From assembly GCA_951406725.2 (NCBI GenBank), contig OX597828.1, positions 65,596,001 through 65,660,000 on the forward strand: a stretch of DNA of 64,000 nucleotides, in the 5' to 3' direction. Positions 41,953-56,744 of this stretch are shown here, one piece after another. Position 1 is the first letter of the stretch. Each line of letters begins with the position of its first letter. The DNA comes from Octopus vulgaris (lineage: Eukaryota). The notes under the pieces were generated by a model that saw only the letters and a list, made by a program, of their open reading frames with translations, made no database searches and had not been told where the DNA came from. The position numbers and the translations under genes were made by a program.

Positions 41953-43069
41953 TATTTATTTATTTGTAAAACTATTTTGACTTTCTATTCAACTGCAAGA
42001 AAAGCATTCCATTTGTTTTTTTCAGAAGCATCCTCCCCCCGCCCTCCCCGACGCTATCTTTAAAAATCCTAACACACATCCGCAACCTCCCACTCCCTAC
42101 TCTCTACCAAACTTACTAGCAAAACACTATCATCAAATCAAGATACACTACTACTCACTTACCACTAATATTTCGACAACACTCAACACTCCTACCCAAG
42201 CACCACCTGGCACACAGACACCCCTACGTTACTACATTACCACTGCAGCGAATATCATTTACTGTAACAATAAAAACAACCAGTGATTGATTGTATCGAT
42301 TGATGGCAATTACGTACAGCGATTGATTATCTTTGGGATTTCAGAAGCATTAATCTGATGTATTCTTATCACAAAAATAAATTCGATTGTTGCTTGTTTT
42401 TTTTTTTTTTTGTTTTGTTTTTAATCACCTTCTTGTTTGCAGCTGCAGAATTAATTCTTCAGAGAACGTTGACAGAGAAGAGTACAAGTGAACCTGTTTT
42501 CAACTGAAACACATTAAGTGAAAAAAAAAAACCATCTTTGTACACTTCTACACAGTGTACTTATATTCAATTTCAGTGACTCAATGTCCCATCCGACCGT
42601 TTGCTCTTTTGCAGGGTTATGAAATAACCAAGTATATAATATTACAAAGGATTGATTCATAAATTATGGATGCGTACATATTCAGTCAACATTGATTTGT
42701 ATTAACTGATGAAAACGTTATTTTTATATTCTTATGTAAGATGGACAGTGCACGGACAAACTCCCGACGGGCTTTCTGTGCGTCTTTTGTAAAGTGTCAA
42801 GGAGGAGATATGTGAAAACACTGGAGAACTTGAGACTGGTTGATCACTGGGAAAGAGGGAGGGAAGAGGTTCCGTCTCGTGATGTGTGCCTACAGTCTCC
42901 CAAGGCTATGGGTTTTGATTGATGGATTAAAGATTCGTGAGAGTGGTAGGCATGATATTAAGTCTAAGAATATTTGTTTATAAAATATCAAAAAGTAGTG
43001 AATATGATAATTATAACCGACAGTGGCTGAATTTGTTCGCATTGCGTAGATCTCGTCCTTTATATAATT

Positions 43070-43470
43070 CTTTCTGCTATAGGCACAAAGCCAGAAATTT
43101 GTAAGAGGGGACCAGTCGATTAGATCGACCCCAGTGCGTAATTGGTACTTATTTCATCGACCCTGGAAAGATGAAAGGCAAAGTAGACCTCGGCGGAACT
43201 TGAACTCAGAAAGTTAAGACGGACGAAATACCTATTTCTTTACTACCCACAAGGGGCTAAACACAGAGAGGACAAACAAGGACAGACAAACGGATTAAGT
43301 CGATTATATCGCCCCCCCCCCCCCCCGTGCGTAACTGGTACTTATTTAATCGACTCCGAAAGGATGAAAGGCAAAGTCGACCTCGGCGGAATTTGAACTC
43401 AGAACGTAACGGTAGACGAAATACCGCTAAGCATTTCGTCCGGCGTGCTAACGATTCACCTAGTTCACCA
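43070..43470 (-). mobile_element. Two tandem SINE copies
   Basis: Reverse-complement consensus matches at about 43070-43231 and 43232-43470. Confidence 0.85.
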
Positions 43471-45419
43471 GCAGCAATTCTGAGTATGTTGTTTAGCAGC
43501 ATTCCTTAAAATATACCATTGGAAGAACTTTAAAACATTTTCTTTGTAATGTCTTTCAATCCCCTTTTTATCTCCTGTACTCTGCAACATTCATTTCTCT
43601 AAATGACACATATTTAAGCTACACTTGGAATTTACCTGTTGCGTATTTTGTTTCATAGAAAGATGCTAAAGTTCTGCTAGAGTGAAATGATTAATTAGAT
43701 TTAAATAGAAAAGCAAGCGGGACAGAAAGCAAACAGAATATCAGAGGCATATACTAGGTACAAAATGTTTATTACTTGAGATATTTGTCAGTTAAACTAT
43801 TTGGGATAATCTCCAGCTTTGTTTTCTTCTCCCTGTGAAGGTTCTCAAGTGAGATAGCGTAACCAACATGCGTAGTCCTTCTCCTACAGTTTTACTCCAA
43901 AATGTTATCAGAAAAGACATGATAGGTTTATTTTATGTACGCATCTGTGCATGTTTGTACTTATGTGTGGGAGAGTTATATAATATGGGATGGGGATTCA
44001 ACGATTCTTTTGAGGTATCCAGGATATCCTGTCTTATACCATTCTTTATCAGATGAACTTGTCTTTATCAGACAATTACTGACGATATTAGGCTTCAAAT
44101 CCAATGATCTCTCACAGCCCTCACATCTACAGCATCACAAAAATCGCATCTAAAAAGTTAAATTTCCTCTTAGGAGTAAGAAGATAAGTCAGCCCTAATA
44201 GATTACTAGTCCCTTTGAAGAGCTGTAGTACCGCTCATATACCTGGAACAATGATGTTGCTACTCATATAAACAGAGTAACCTGCATTCAAATGAAGAAG
44301 ATCCGACTCACTGACACAGATACACGCAACACCAGCTCACGTACCTGCGGTTTAACTCTTCTATTTTTACTGTAACATTCACCATGCCTGTAGAACAAAC
44401 GGCTGCATGTCCTCATTCCAGCTTGATTCACGGTTTTCTTTCCTTCTGGTCATTCATGTTTTAGCTTTCCCACCAATCCCAACTTCTACAATTATTCCTT
44501 CTGGGGCTACACCCTCTAGAAGTGTTGCCAACCGCACATAGCGAATAGCTGATAGCTAGATGAATGTTTAATATTCTTTTAATATTTATAGGAGAATTTT
44601 TCCTTTAGATAATTCGAAAATGTTTCTTAAAAGTAACACAGTCATTAAATAACGTTAAGACCTATATCAGGTATGGATTATGTATGTTTGGGGAAGGTGG
44701 TACAATGAGATCATGTGACCTCTCTACATAACTGCCAATATCTAAAATTCTGCGATATAGGTAGAGGTTACTGCAACAGTAGCTGAATGGAACTTATCTT
44801 GAAATATCTTAATTTGCTATCGATTTATACTATTCAATCTTTGGCTTCCGAGACAATCAAAAAACCGCTCCTCTAAGAATGAAGGTTTTGTTACTGTTTC
44901 GTTTCGTTTCCTTGAAAACATCATATAATACTCATCAAGGGGGAGCTTAGTCGTTCCAATACCTCAGTTTCTCAACTATCCACAGTAACACCAATAATGT
45001 TCTGGGTTGCCTTAAAGCATTTTAGCGGGATATTCCAATAGTTTTGTTGTGTTTGTCTTTTGAGTTGTTAAATTATATATTTCATGAAAAGTAATAAATT
45101 TATAAAACCTAAGCTTCTTTTTCAAAAATAATTGGATGTGATTTGTATGAGAGTTGGCTCCATTTTTTTCTTCTTTTTTTTTTTTGTCTTTTCGTTTCGA
45201 GTGACTGCATAGTGTGCGCTCATTGGTCCATCTCATATATGATTTGATTTATCGTACATTCAGTTCAGATCATTTTCATTGCTAATGCTTTGATATTAGC
45301 TCCCAAAAGCGCTGTTCGAGAAACTACTGTATATCACCTTCATGCGATGCTTTATCAACTTTCCAATATTCACATACTTTTTTAACAAATTATTTGTTTA
45401 AAATATTTAAATTATTTGG

Positions 45420-45597
45420 TTGTGTCTGGGGAGAGTCATTTTCTTTTTGTGCCTTATTAACATACTCACCGGTAAAATTTCCACTTGTTTCTTTTATTTT
45501 CCAAAAATTTTCGTTGCGTCTTGCAACCTTTTCAATAGTTATACTTCAACACATGAACTCATATAAAGAATCTTGCAAATCAAATCCAAAAACGAAA
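45420..45597. mobile_element. One-armed copy of the fold-back element (inverted arm joined directly to the conserved tail)
   Basis: 45420-45540 matches the left arm of 49306-49580; 45541-45597 matches the tail at 49581-49640. Confidence 0.8.
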
Positions 45598-48179
45598 TTT
45601 AAATTATTTGTTAAATCTATTTCAATATTTTGAATTGTCCTTTTTGCTCTAACTTATTTAACAATTCCACTGTTCCAATATAAATGGTTTCAGTTTATGA
45701 CTATTCCTGTTTCTTCTTTATGACTAGATATTATCTAAAGTTATAGTTATTCTTCACTCTGAAATCTTTTAACACACATATTAACAGAGTCAGTATGCAA
45801 TTCTTATCAGACTCATCTATGCCCTACAACTGAATAAAAGCGTTTAAAAATATGTCATTTCATGGACTTCAGTTTTTGGTGCTGCTAAAGTACTTATAAA
45901 GTACGTGATACTGATCTCGATTATTAAATAAAACCGGAAATCGAAGAATCTTATACGGTCCGTGTTGGTAGAAGCTATTTCGCAAGTTCATAAATTTGGT
46001 TTGTTTGAATACCGCAGGGAGTTGAGGGTGCTGCTGTATCGATAAGATCTCTTAGTCATTTGCTGTGGGGAGACGAGAGAACTGATAAACACTTCTTCAT
46101 CGATAAACACTTTCTTCATCGTATGCCGAGGGAAAATCGTACGCTGTGTCGATAAAATCTCTTCTTCGGGAACAAGAAAAAAATCAAAAATTTAAAAACA
46201 TTCCTTTTTTTGTTTAGCTCTGTCGAAGGGCTTTTCTCGAAACACTGTTAATCATCTTCTTTCGGCAGACAAGCTTGTTGAACCAGTTTTGAGATTCACT
46301 CTGTGGCATTCTTTCAATAAGGACGGATAGACAAAGCGACTGTATTTCATGTCAGTTTTCAAAGAACTTGTTTTGGAGAGGGAAGCTAAACGTGGGAAGA
46401 ACTGAAGTTCATTTTAATAAAAACTGTTACTGAATCCTTCAAAAGGGATCTGATCCTCGAACGATTTTTATATAAGCTGAGCGAGTGTAAACTAGACAGC
46501 AATTCCTCTTTGGGCGATATGTGAGTTGGACGTGTGAAGCAGACTCTCGACCTCCTCACATATTTCTCGGACTTGCTTTTCCTCGTCGGGCCTCAGTGCT
46601 CTGACTACCCCACATCTCACCCCCCGAAGCAAATCACCAAGGGTTACACCGAGCTACGTTCTGCGGCTACGATCCACCAATGCGAGGTTCTCCCTAGAAA
46701 GTAAACGTTTTCTTCCCCGGGTTTGGAAACCAACACATTCCCTAGTCGACTGTAGTGTGTCCCTGTATTTTTTCCACATTCCCTAAGGATCAGACGAGGA
46801 GGCATCCCCATATTACACAAATCCAAGTTGACGACACTCTATAAGCAAGACTTATTCGCAGCAACATGAAATAAAGCATCAGATTTTACTGATATACTCT
46901 TTGACGTTAAAATAAAGGACGTAGATGTTATTTGCAAAATCCAAAACGTTGCATTTTATCGGTTTTTGCAACAATAAATGTTTATTTAACTGTATTGGTA
47001 CAACTATTTCAACGAATGTATTTACAAAAGATATACCGCTAATAGATCTGTACAACATGGTCGACGCTTTCTTTCTTCAAAAGCAACAATTCTGTAGTTC
47101 CTGACACCGACGACCAAATCATCCAACTGTATAGAATCACAACCTTCTAAAAGAGAAGCAAATGTGATTTCTTTTCTACTTGTTTTCTTCAGAACTATTG
47201 AAATTTTCTTATCGCTGCATTGCTTAAAACCACTAATTTTAGTGCAGCTGACTTAAAAACGATTCACAATAGACCATGAATTGTTCATTCCAACAGAATT
47301 CATTCAACGACAACTCTAGTGTTGCTTCTTCTAATTGCTCTCTGGTTTGAACGATTCTTTTCATAAAATCCGACTAAGATTATAAACTTGGAATCTGAGG
47401 TCATCAAACTCAGAAAAAATTTATGATTAATATAATTGTTCAGTAGACTGTGAGTTAGATTAATTCCAAGCTACATTGTACGTGTGTGCATGTGTGTGTA
47501 TCAGAGTGTGTGTTTGTGTGCGTGTATATTAGTGAATTTCAATATAATGAAATGATAATATATATAATTACAAAATTACATACATGGAAAGTAAAGCAGG
47601 ATACACATATTAAGATATGTGTGTGTATGTATATATGTATATACGTATGTATGTATGTATATACGTATGTATGTATGTATATACGTATGTATGTACGTAT
47701 GTATGTATGTATGTATGTATGTATGTGTGTATGTATGTATGTATGTATGTATGTATGCATGCATGCATCTATGTATGTATGTATGCATGCATGTATGTAT
47801 GTATGCATGCATGTATATATGTACGTATGCATGCATGTATGTATGTACGTATGTATGTATGTATGTATGTACGTATGTATGTACGTATGTATGTACGTAT
47901 GTTTGTATGTATGTATGTATGTATGTATGTACGTACGTACGTATGTACGTATGTACGTCTGTCTGTATGTATGTATGTATGTATGTATGTATGTATGTAT
48001 GTATGTATGTATGTTTGTATGTATGTATGTATGTTTGTTTGTTTGTATGACTACAGAGATTAGTACAACTGCATATTTTTCCCCACAGTCAATTATACAG
48101 TATATTAACCAGAACCCGGATTATATCTGAATGCTCATATGGTACCTACCTGGACATTTTACCACTTTCTATTCATTCT

Positions 48180-48270
<91 letters not shown>

Positions 48271-48364
48271 GTTCAAATGTACAGAAAATGTACAAAAGAC
48301 GAAGACAGATGAGGGGAACAACAAATAGGTGTGTTAGTTTGACACTCGAGAAGAATGGTAAAGA

Positions 48365-48400
48365 CTTTGACGTTTCGAGCCTACGCTCTTCGACGGAAAG
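48365..48400 (-). ncRNA. Minimal hammerhead, family A, variant core
   Basis: CTTT-CCGTCGA-A-GAGC-GTAG-GCTC-GAAA-CG-TC-AAAG; within the short repeat 48270-48450. Confidence 0.65.
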
Positions 48401-49305
48401 GGACGAGAGAAGGAATAGAGAGATAAAAAATGTGTTGGGGTTAACGATTTTCCCCTATACATTAATTCAAGTTTCTTAATGGATATTTATATATAAATTT
48501 TCTGTATTCACACATCGGCAAGTAACGAGAGATTAATAGCTGAAGTTACGGTTTTATAGACGCTGGTGTCACCACTTATCACAGCTAGGATTTATCAAGT
48601 TTAACTGAAATGTCGTAAAACTCAAATCCAATTTTTCCCTGTGTAAATCTCTACAGTTTTCACATTTCTTTGTCTTGGTGGATCATGAATCTAATTTGTG
48701 ACAACACCAGCAAATGTATTACACCAGCAACTTTCGAATACCCTCCTCTTTTTACCTGCTGACGACGTCCTTGTGTGTATATTTAATTTATATACGTAAG
48801 CGTTTTTAGACAGATTCACTGTGGGTGAACTAAGAATGTAGACACACGGTTTCTATCTAACTGGTGTACAAAAAAGATAGCGGAAGTCTCCTGGCGGACA
48901 GTTTCACAGTTAGACGATCACTCCACGAAGAAGACATGTCCGGCTTCCTCAAACAATAGCTTAGATCAGCGGCTACATGAATCAGTTGTAAATTAAGCCT
49001 TGAGATAAATTTAAATATTACAAAGCCTCACTGTGAGTTAAATAAGAATGTAAGCACATTCTTTCTATGAAAGTGATGAGCAGAAAAAGATGTCGGGCGT
49101 CCATTATAACTGCGGTGCTTCCAGATCTTTCAGAAGTTTTTCAGAATTGTAAAAACGCAAATGATTCATGCTCCTTGTGGTGACATCGATAGGAATTCAT
49201 TTTGTATTTAAAAAAATACACTAAATCGCTTCTAAGGTAATGTTTTCAGGAGCCTAAAATATGTGTTGATGGATATTTCTTTTTACAGAAAACAACAAAG
49301 GATAA

Positions 49306-49640
49306 TCTGTTGTGTCTGGGGAGAGTCATTCTCTTTTAGTACCTTATTATTTAACACACTCACCGGTAAAATTTCCACTTTTGTCTTATTTTAATTTTCT
49401 AAAATTTTCGTTGCGTCTTGCAACCTTTTCAACAGTTTTGACTCAAGACTGTTGAAAAGGTTGCAAGACGCAACGAAAATTTTAGGAAAATAAAAATAAG
49501 AAAAAAAGTGGAAATTTTACCGGTGAGTGTGTTAAATAATAAGGTACTAAAAGAGAATGGCTCTCCCCAGACACAACAGAATATGCTTCAACACACGAAC
49601 TCATATAAAGAATCTTGCAAACCAAATCCAAAAACGAAAC
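49306..49640. mobile_element. ~275-bp near-perfect palindrome plus conserved tail (fold-back element)
   Basis: Arms 49306-49441 and 49443-49580 are reverse complements; tail ATATGCTTCAACACACGAACTCATATAAAGAATCTTGCAAACCAAATCC follows. Confidence 0.88.
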
Positions 49641-49719
49641 AAAGGATAAAATTTCTCAAACCTTGCGTGTATATTTTGAATTTATTGACAGATGACCAAG
49701 TCATTTAATTCGTACATCA

Positions 49720-51370
49720 ATTAAGTTCTACAATGAAGTTCATCAAATGTCAGCAAATGTTTCATTAGGGAAACAGACTCTGTAATGTTCGTCCTGGTGA
49801 AACAAAACAGCCGCATTGAAATTTCCGAATTCCAGCAAGGAAAATTAATCAGGATCATTGACGGTTTCTCTTGCCTTTTTGACTTTTCGCTTGATAAAGA
49901 CATCCCTGCGTCCAATAATTTGCTGTTCGTTTAGCAATGGCCAGTGAGTTTACTAAATCAATCAGCTACCACACAACAAACATGAAATCTAAGGCTCACA
50001 ACGTTTACAACCTTTCCCAAGCTATGCCAGAGTGATCCGTTTGCAAAATCATTCAGCATCTTCAGCTTCTATTTACTATACATGGAACAACAAACATTAG
50101 AGACGAAGAAAACGAGATACCCTTATTGAAGGCCAATCCCATTTAAGTCGTGGCGATGCCATTGGAAGAGAATACAGTGTACAATGCTATTCAACATGAA
50201 GACGTCTTTCTACGACAACTCCATAAAGTCAGAGGCTCAAACTCATGTCAAGATCTTCGAATAGTCTAAGCCAAAGTTTTCACCACCTACATAGAAACTT
50301 GCATGACAGGAAAAAGATGCCCGGTAACATAACCAAGAGCTTCTGTGTCTCAAACAACCAAGAGTCTATGACCTGATCAATACGTTTCATCTTTAGTTCA
50401 AGTATCGTGACGGCCTTGCCAAAGATTTCAAACATCAAGCTCAACAGAAGTACCCCAGCATGAAAATAGAGTCTATAGATAAAATCAACAATGCAAATGT
50501 CATCGACAAAGCTTAAAGATATAAATAGCAAAGAACTTCAAAAATATGACTTCTTTCAATCTAACTACACAGAAGTCAATAATCAATAACTTAATAACAG
50601 AAAGAAGCATCATATGTCAGTAACATAAGTCAATGGCAAAGAACACAACGCAAACTCACTCCAGACCAAAAAACGATAAATTTCGCTATTTTTAATAAGG
50701 ACCGGCAATAATAAGCTAGAATCTATTTCCATGTTGTTAATGAAGGAAATGGAAAAACATTTCTGACTAATCTATTGCTTGCCAAAGTCCGCCAACATAA
50801 AGATAACAGCCATTTCTTTGGGTATTGTCTCCACTCATCTTTCTGGGACCGTGCAGCACATTCTGCTTTCAAAATTCTATTCGACTTGGACACAAATGTT
50901 GCACCTGTTGCATATGGCTAAGAATTCAGGAACCGTACGAGATCTGAAGAGACATTAGATGATCGTCTCAGAAAAATGCGCATGGCTCACAAGAGAACCC
51001 TGGAAGGACATTGCAAGACTCGCGTGACAATGGATTGCAATTAGTAGAAATATATTTCTTTACTACCCACAAGGGGCTAAACACAGAGGGAACGAACAAG
51101 GACAGACAAACGGATTAAGTCGATTACATCGACCCCAGTGCATAGCTGGTACTTAATTTATCGACCCCGAAAGGATTAAAGGCAAAGTCGACTTCGGCGG
51201 AATTTGAACTCAGAACGTAACTTGAACCCATTAGTAGGAATAGTGATCGTATTGTCAATTGACAACCGTCAGACTCTGATAGTGATACATAAAGGAACAA
51301 AAGCCAATGAAATCCGTGCTTGCCTTAAATTGTCATTGTTTTGTACTAAAGTTGAAATCTTCAAACACTA
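49720..51370 (+). pseudogene. Helitron RepHel PIF1-type helicase remnants, interrupted by a SINE
   Basis: GNGKTFLTNLLLAKVR (Walker A, about 50745-50792), AHSAFK, DNRQTL..I.KG....IRACLK; minus-strand SINE at 51052-51220. Confidence 0.75.
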
Positions 51371-52737
51371 CAATCGGAATCGACCACGCAAACCATATAC
51401 ACACAGCGCCACCTTCTCCCACTGAATTTTCCATAAGTTGAATTCTAATGCAGTTCCTTTTTTTTCCGTCTCCATTTGTATCAAATCTGTTGAATTTTCA
51501 CTATCAATTTTGTATTTCTACTGGTCAAAACGTTAAAACTTTTGAATTAAATCACCATAATAGGGAGATGTTTATGTAGAAGTTGATATTTGACATGAGA
51601 TAAAGAGTGATATATTTTAGATATGATGGCTAGAACATATAAACATCAGAGGTGTATTTATCTATTAAATAGAGTTATTAAAAATAAGGAATTGTTGTGG
51701 TCGCTTTAGAAATATTGATATTAAATTGATAGAAAACATTTCAAAAAAATTATCACTGTAAAATTTGATATTTCGTATCTTAATAAGATATGGAAATAGG
51801 GAAAGTAATTGCGTGAACAGTTGGTATAGTAATTTGAAACTTCAATACGTATGATTAGCAAATGTTTAACTAAATATACAACGCAACTGTATATTTAAAT
51901 TATTGTTTTATATCGTTTGAAAAATGATGTTTGTGATGGTAAATACGTGAAAATGTAAAATGAAATTGTCTGAATTCAATTAATCGTTTTTATTCATACC
52001 AAATGATGGTTTATATGATTAAAGAGTGCAAAATAATCATGAAAAATACAGAAGGGAAAAATCTATGTATGTCATTATTCAGTTTTATTTCAAGATTTCT
52101 TGCCAATAGGGAAAGAGCCGGTTTCTAACCTAGATCCAAGGCCCCTTTGGAATTTCAACATCAACAGGTTATGTTTTGTTTAATGTATGCATGTATGTAT
52201 GTACGTACGTACGTATGGATGGATGGATGGATGGATGGATGGATGGATGGATAGATGTGTATATAGAAAAGTAGTAAATACGAAAGTTGAAGGAAGAATA
52301 TACCATATAATGGTCGGATAAAAATTCATTGTGTTCTATACATAGATCAAAAACATCCAAATTTTAAATGGACTATATGTTAAAGAAACCAAACCAGCAT
52401 ATTTCGTCTCATACGTTTTTATGTAGAATCAAGTGGGACATCCTATATTATAATTATACGGGGAGGGGCTTATCAGCAGATAGTCATGGACAAGCTATTC
52501 AATTTGTCTCCGGTTTGGTTCAGTACGCGATTTTGATAAGCCATAAAAATGGCGAAACATCGATGTCCATCGCTCCTGAATGGGACTTGGGGTGAGTTGT
52601 GTCACCTGTCCATGACTATAACGAATTGCAGCCGACCAGTGAACAAGCAAAGAACATACATTGTGTATGTGTGTTCCATGATATATATATATATATATAT
52701 ATATACTAGCACTATGACCCGGCAACATTTTGCCGTT

Positions 52738-52791
<54 letters not shown>

Positions 52792-53891
52792 TGTTGTTGT
52801 TGTTGTTGGCATCCATTTTGTCTCGGAAGACAATGGAGTTGCGCATAAAATAATCTGGTCTGGCTTTTACATTCCATGTCCTAATACATCTCCTGCTGTG
52901 GCTGTGTAGTCCTATCCTATGATGGTTTATATGATTAAAGAGTGCAAAATAATCACGAAAATACAGAAGGCAAAAAATCTATGTATGTCATTATTCAGTT
53001 TTATTTCAAGATTCCTAGCCAATAGAGAAAGAGCCGGTTTCTAACCTAGATCCAAGGCTCCTTCATTGGAATTGCAGGTGCCGCAAATGTAGCGAAGACT
53101 TTGCCTGGCTGATTGTAATGTCATAGTTTCTTGTTGACATCTTTTCTTGTTTTTCCATTCCTACTCTCTCCCTCTTTTGTGTTCCCTCTTCTCTGGTGCG
53201 TCGCCAATCTCTACGGTTGCTGGCAACTGCTTCCCCGTTGCTAATATTGATGTCGCAGACCACATGGTTCTACGTTCAGTCCCACTGCGTGGCACCTTGG
53301 GCAAGTGTCTTCTACTATAGTCTCGGACCAACCAAATCCTTGAGTGGATTTGGTAGACGGAAACTGAAGGAGTGCGTCGTATGTGTACATATGTGTGTGT
53401 GTGTGTCTTTGTGTCTGTGTTTGTCCCCCCACCATCGCTTGACAACTGATGTTCGTGTATTTACGTCCCGTAACTTAGCGGTTCGGCAAAAAGACGATAG
53501 AATAAGTACTAAGCTTACAAATACTAAGTCCTGGGGTCGATTTCTTCGACTAAAACCCTTTAAGGTGGTGCTCCAACATGGTTGCAGTGAAATGACTGAA
53601 ACATGTAAAAGAGTGTATATATACATGCACACACACACACACACACACATGCGAGTGAGAGAACAAAGGAAAGAAAGTGGTACTCAAAAATTTGGTAGAA
53701 TCACATGTATTTTTTTTTTTTTTAAATACAGTTTGATTCTTCTCCATATGACTTAAAGTTTTTGTGGCTGCATAGGACAAACCCATCTCATCAGATACAT
53801 ACGCTGCATATATATGCGTGCATGTATACACACGCGCGCGCGCACATATAGATAGCAACGATCGCTATGAGCTTTAAGCTTATGAAATACT

Positions 53892-54083
53892 ACAAGCACT
53901 ATGATCCGGCGTTGCTGGGCCATAGTGCTAGTCGGTTTATTGATTTTGTTAATGGCTTTCTGGGGTGACTGGGGAAATGAAAAGAAAACCCAAAGAAAAT
54001 GCGAATCTTTTACGTGAAAAACTGTGGGATAAAGGACACACAGACACACAGATACACAGATATTTTGCCGTTTATAGATATAG
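53892..54083 (-). mobile_element. Non-autonomous Helitron-like copy, same family as 19556-19922
   Basis: Same terminal palindrome and body (TTAATGGCTTT..GGGGTGACTGGGGAAATG...ATTTTGCCGTTTATA). Confidence 0.72.
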
Positions 54084-54224
54084 TGATTATTATTATTTAC
54101 AGAATTGTAAAAATCGACACTGCTTAACAAAACCATCCGCATTAAAAAAAAGCACATGATAGTCTGTTTACGAAAGCAACTACGAACTAATTATAGTTCT
54201 TAAATCTGACAGGAAAAACAGGTA

Positions 54225-54296
54225 GGTTCACTAGTGTAATCGATAGCACACTCGGTCACGTAAACAGAAGTGGGGGTTCGACTCCTACGCGTACGT
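54225..54296 (+). pseudogene. tRNA-like sequence (pseudo-tRNA or SINE head)
   Basis: A box TAGTGTAATCG and B box GGTTCGACTCC at tRNA spacing; acceptor and anticodon stems pair poorly. Confidence 0.45.
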
Positions 54297-55754
54297 AAAT
54301 CCTACTTCTTCCGTCGAGGGCTTATATGTCCATTATTAGATTACTTTCTGTAGTCGTTGCGCAGTGATCGCTTTAAGCTTATAAAATACTATTATATATA
54401 CACACAAGCTAGATAATCAAACAGTCAGGTAGATAGGCAGGTCGATAGATAATCAGATAGATAGACACATAATAAGATAGATAGATATTTGGGTTAAATG
54501 GTGGAAATAATCCAGTGACTTTTAATTTGGGACACTGCGATATTAAGTAACTTAATAAATTAAGTTTTATATCAAGGGGCTTAAAAACTAATTGATTTGG
54601 GAGTAATAAAATATCTAATAAAATTGTTATGAAAGCATTGTGTTTTAATATGCAGAATAATGCGGAGGAAAATGTAATTAATGGACAATAAAAGAAATCT
54701 ATCCTTGAAAGTCCAGGTAATTGAGAAGAATTTACAGTAGTTTAGTACAAGTATTTGTTTCATTCAATATAAACTATATGCGTCCTCTGTGGGTTGGAGT
54801 GAAAGTTGCTAATCTGCATAGAGATGGAATTGAAATACAAGTGAGTATAAGTTTAAGTACAACAATGATCAAGTAACCAATGGCAGACTGTGGTTAACTC
54901 TGAAATAAAGTCGTTATATAAAACATAAAGTACTTTTCTATTTTTCTCTTGTTTGTCTTTGCACTCACATTATCATATAAAGCAATAAATCAAAACTTCT
55001 GGGCATCGATGAAAAATTATTTCTTTCGAATACGTATGTTTTTCTTTTTATATATATTTCCGCACTTATTTGCACAAATACCATGCTTCCTTGGGGATAG
55101 AGCGTTGGTTTTTTGTCTTGCTTTGTTTGTGTGTTTTTCTTTCTTAATTCTGTTTTCTTCACTTTCTCGGTCTAGAGAATGGGACAGTGCCCATGACCTC
55201 TGCAAGCTCCGAGTCTGATGAATTTGTAGTTATTGATGGTTCTGTTTAAACTGGTGCACGTCAACATCTGCAAGAAAGAATTGACTGGGGAGAAGTTTCC
55301 AGAAGACTATGTTCTAAGATACGTTCGTGTATTAATGAGATGTATGCATCGAAGTTGATATTTGACAGGAATTAAAAAGTTTGATATATTTTGTGTTATG
55401 ATATGAAAATATAAGCATCAGATACGCATTTCTCTATTAAATACTTATTAAAAATATGGAATTGTTTTGGTCGCTTTCGAAAAATTAATATTAAGTTGTT
55501 AGAAAATATTTCAAAACTTTTACAAATGTAAAATTTGAAATTTCATTTCTTAATAAGGTAAGGCATGATAAGGGAGATGATTCCAGAGGCCTGATGTTCT
55601 AGGAAGTTAAAGAGCATAATGCTTACTGCGGAACCAGACACAATAAGGATGATGAGAGATGGAGAGAGGAATGACTTGGAAATGTTTGATTGGAGGAGGT
55701 ACGGGACCAGTCAGCTCCGAGGAACAGAGACCATTACAGGAGCAATAGAGAGAG

Positions 55755-56656
55755 GAGCCAGTACACCGAAGTTAATGATGACCGAAACAAAGCCATAATT
55801 GAACCTGATTGTCATATAATTGTGCGAGAGATTTCAGAGAGGTTAAGTGTATCACGCACAACAATTGAAAATCACTTAAGATGCCTTGGACTCATTAAGA
55901 AGCTCAATATTTGGGTTCCACATAAACTGAAAGAGATTCACTTAACACAACGAATCAATATTTTCTATGTGTATTTCAAACGCAATGAAATCAATCTTTT
56001 TTTTAAGGAATCACCGCTGGTGATGAAAAATGGATTGTCTACAATAGCATCAATCGAAAATGATCATGATCCAAGCATAATGAACCAGCACAAACCACAT
56101 CGAAAGCTGAATTGCATCAAAAAATGTCATGCTGTCAATTTAGTGGGATTACAAAAGTGTTGTGTATTTTGGGATGCTTCCAAAGAACCAAACGATCAAT
56201 TCAGATGTTTACTGTCAACAACTAATGAAACTAAGGAAGCAATCAAAGAAAAACGGCCAAAATTGGCAAATCGTGTTCCACTATGACAACGATAGACTAC
56301 ACACGTCTTTGCTAACTCGTGAAAAATTATTGTAGCTATGTTGGGGAGTGAAAGCCACATCCACCATATAACCCTGACCTTGCACCATCAGAGTACCATT
56401 TATTTCGAAGTTTGTAAAATTCTTTGAATGGTAAAATTTTCAATAATGATGATGACCTGAAATTGCTTCAGTTTTTGACTGATAAGAACCAGAAGTTCTA
56501 TGAACACAGAATCAGGAAATTGCCAGAAAGATGGCAAAAGGTCATCGAACAAAATGGAAAATATGTAATTGATTAAAGTTCATTCTTTGTATGAAAAAAA
56601 AGACATTTATTTCGCACTAAAAAAAAACAAAATTACTTTCTTGCCAACCCAATATA
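55755..56656 (+). pseudogene. mariner transposase pseudogene with right TIR
   Basis: VREISERLSVSRTTIENHL, WVPHKL, ITAGDEKWIVY (shifted frame), YDNDRLH, HPPYNPDLAPSEYHLF; ends TTGCCAACCCAATA-TA. Confidence 0.9.
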
Positions 56657-56744
56657 TACTGTATGATAAAAGATATTGGCGCTTCTCAGGCAACATGGTC
56701 GTGGTACTATACTTTATAATGTTTCTTCATAGTTATATGTTCTT

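Noticed and set aside
42429-42504. Possible ~75-nt minus-strand exon after a polypyrimidine tract and CAG
   Set aside because: Stops in all three frames and a weak donor; at most a UTR exon, unsupported.
46480-47330. Possible LINE and Helitron remnants
   Set aside because: Too decayed to assign from motifs by eye.
54225-54296. Functional tRNA gene
   Set aside because: A and B boxes present but the cloverleaf stems do not pair; kept only as a pseudo-tRNA.
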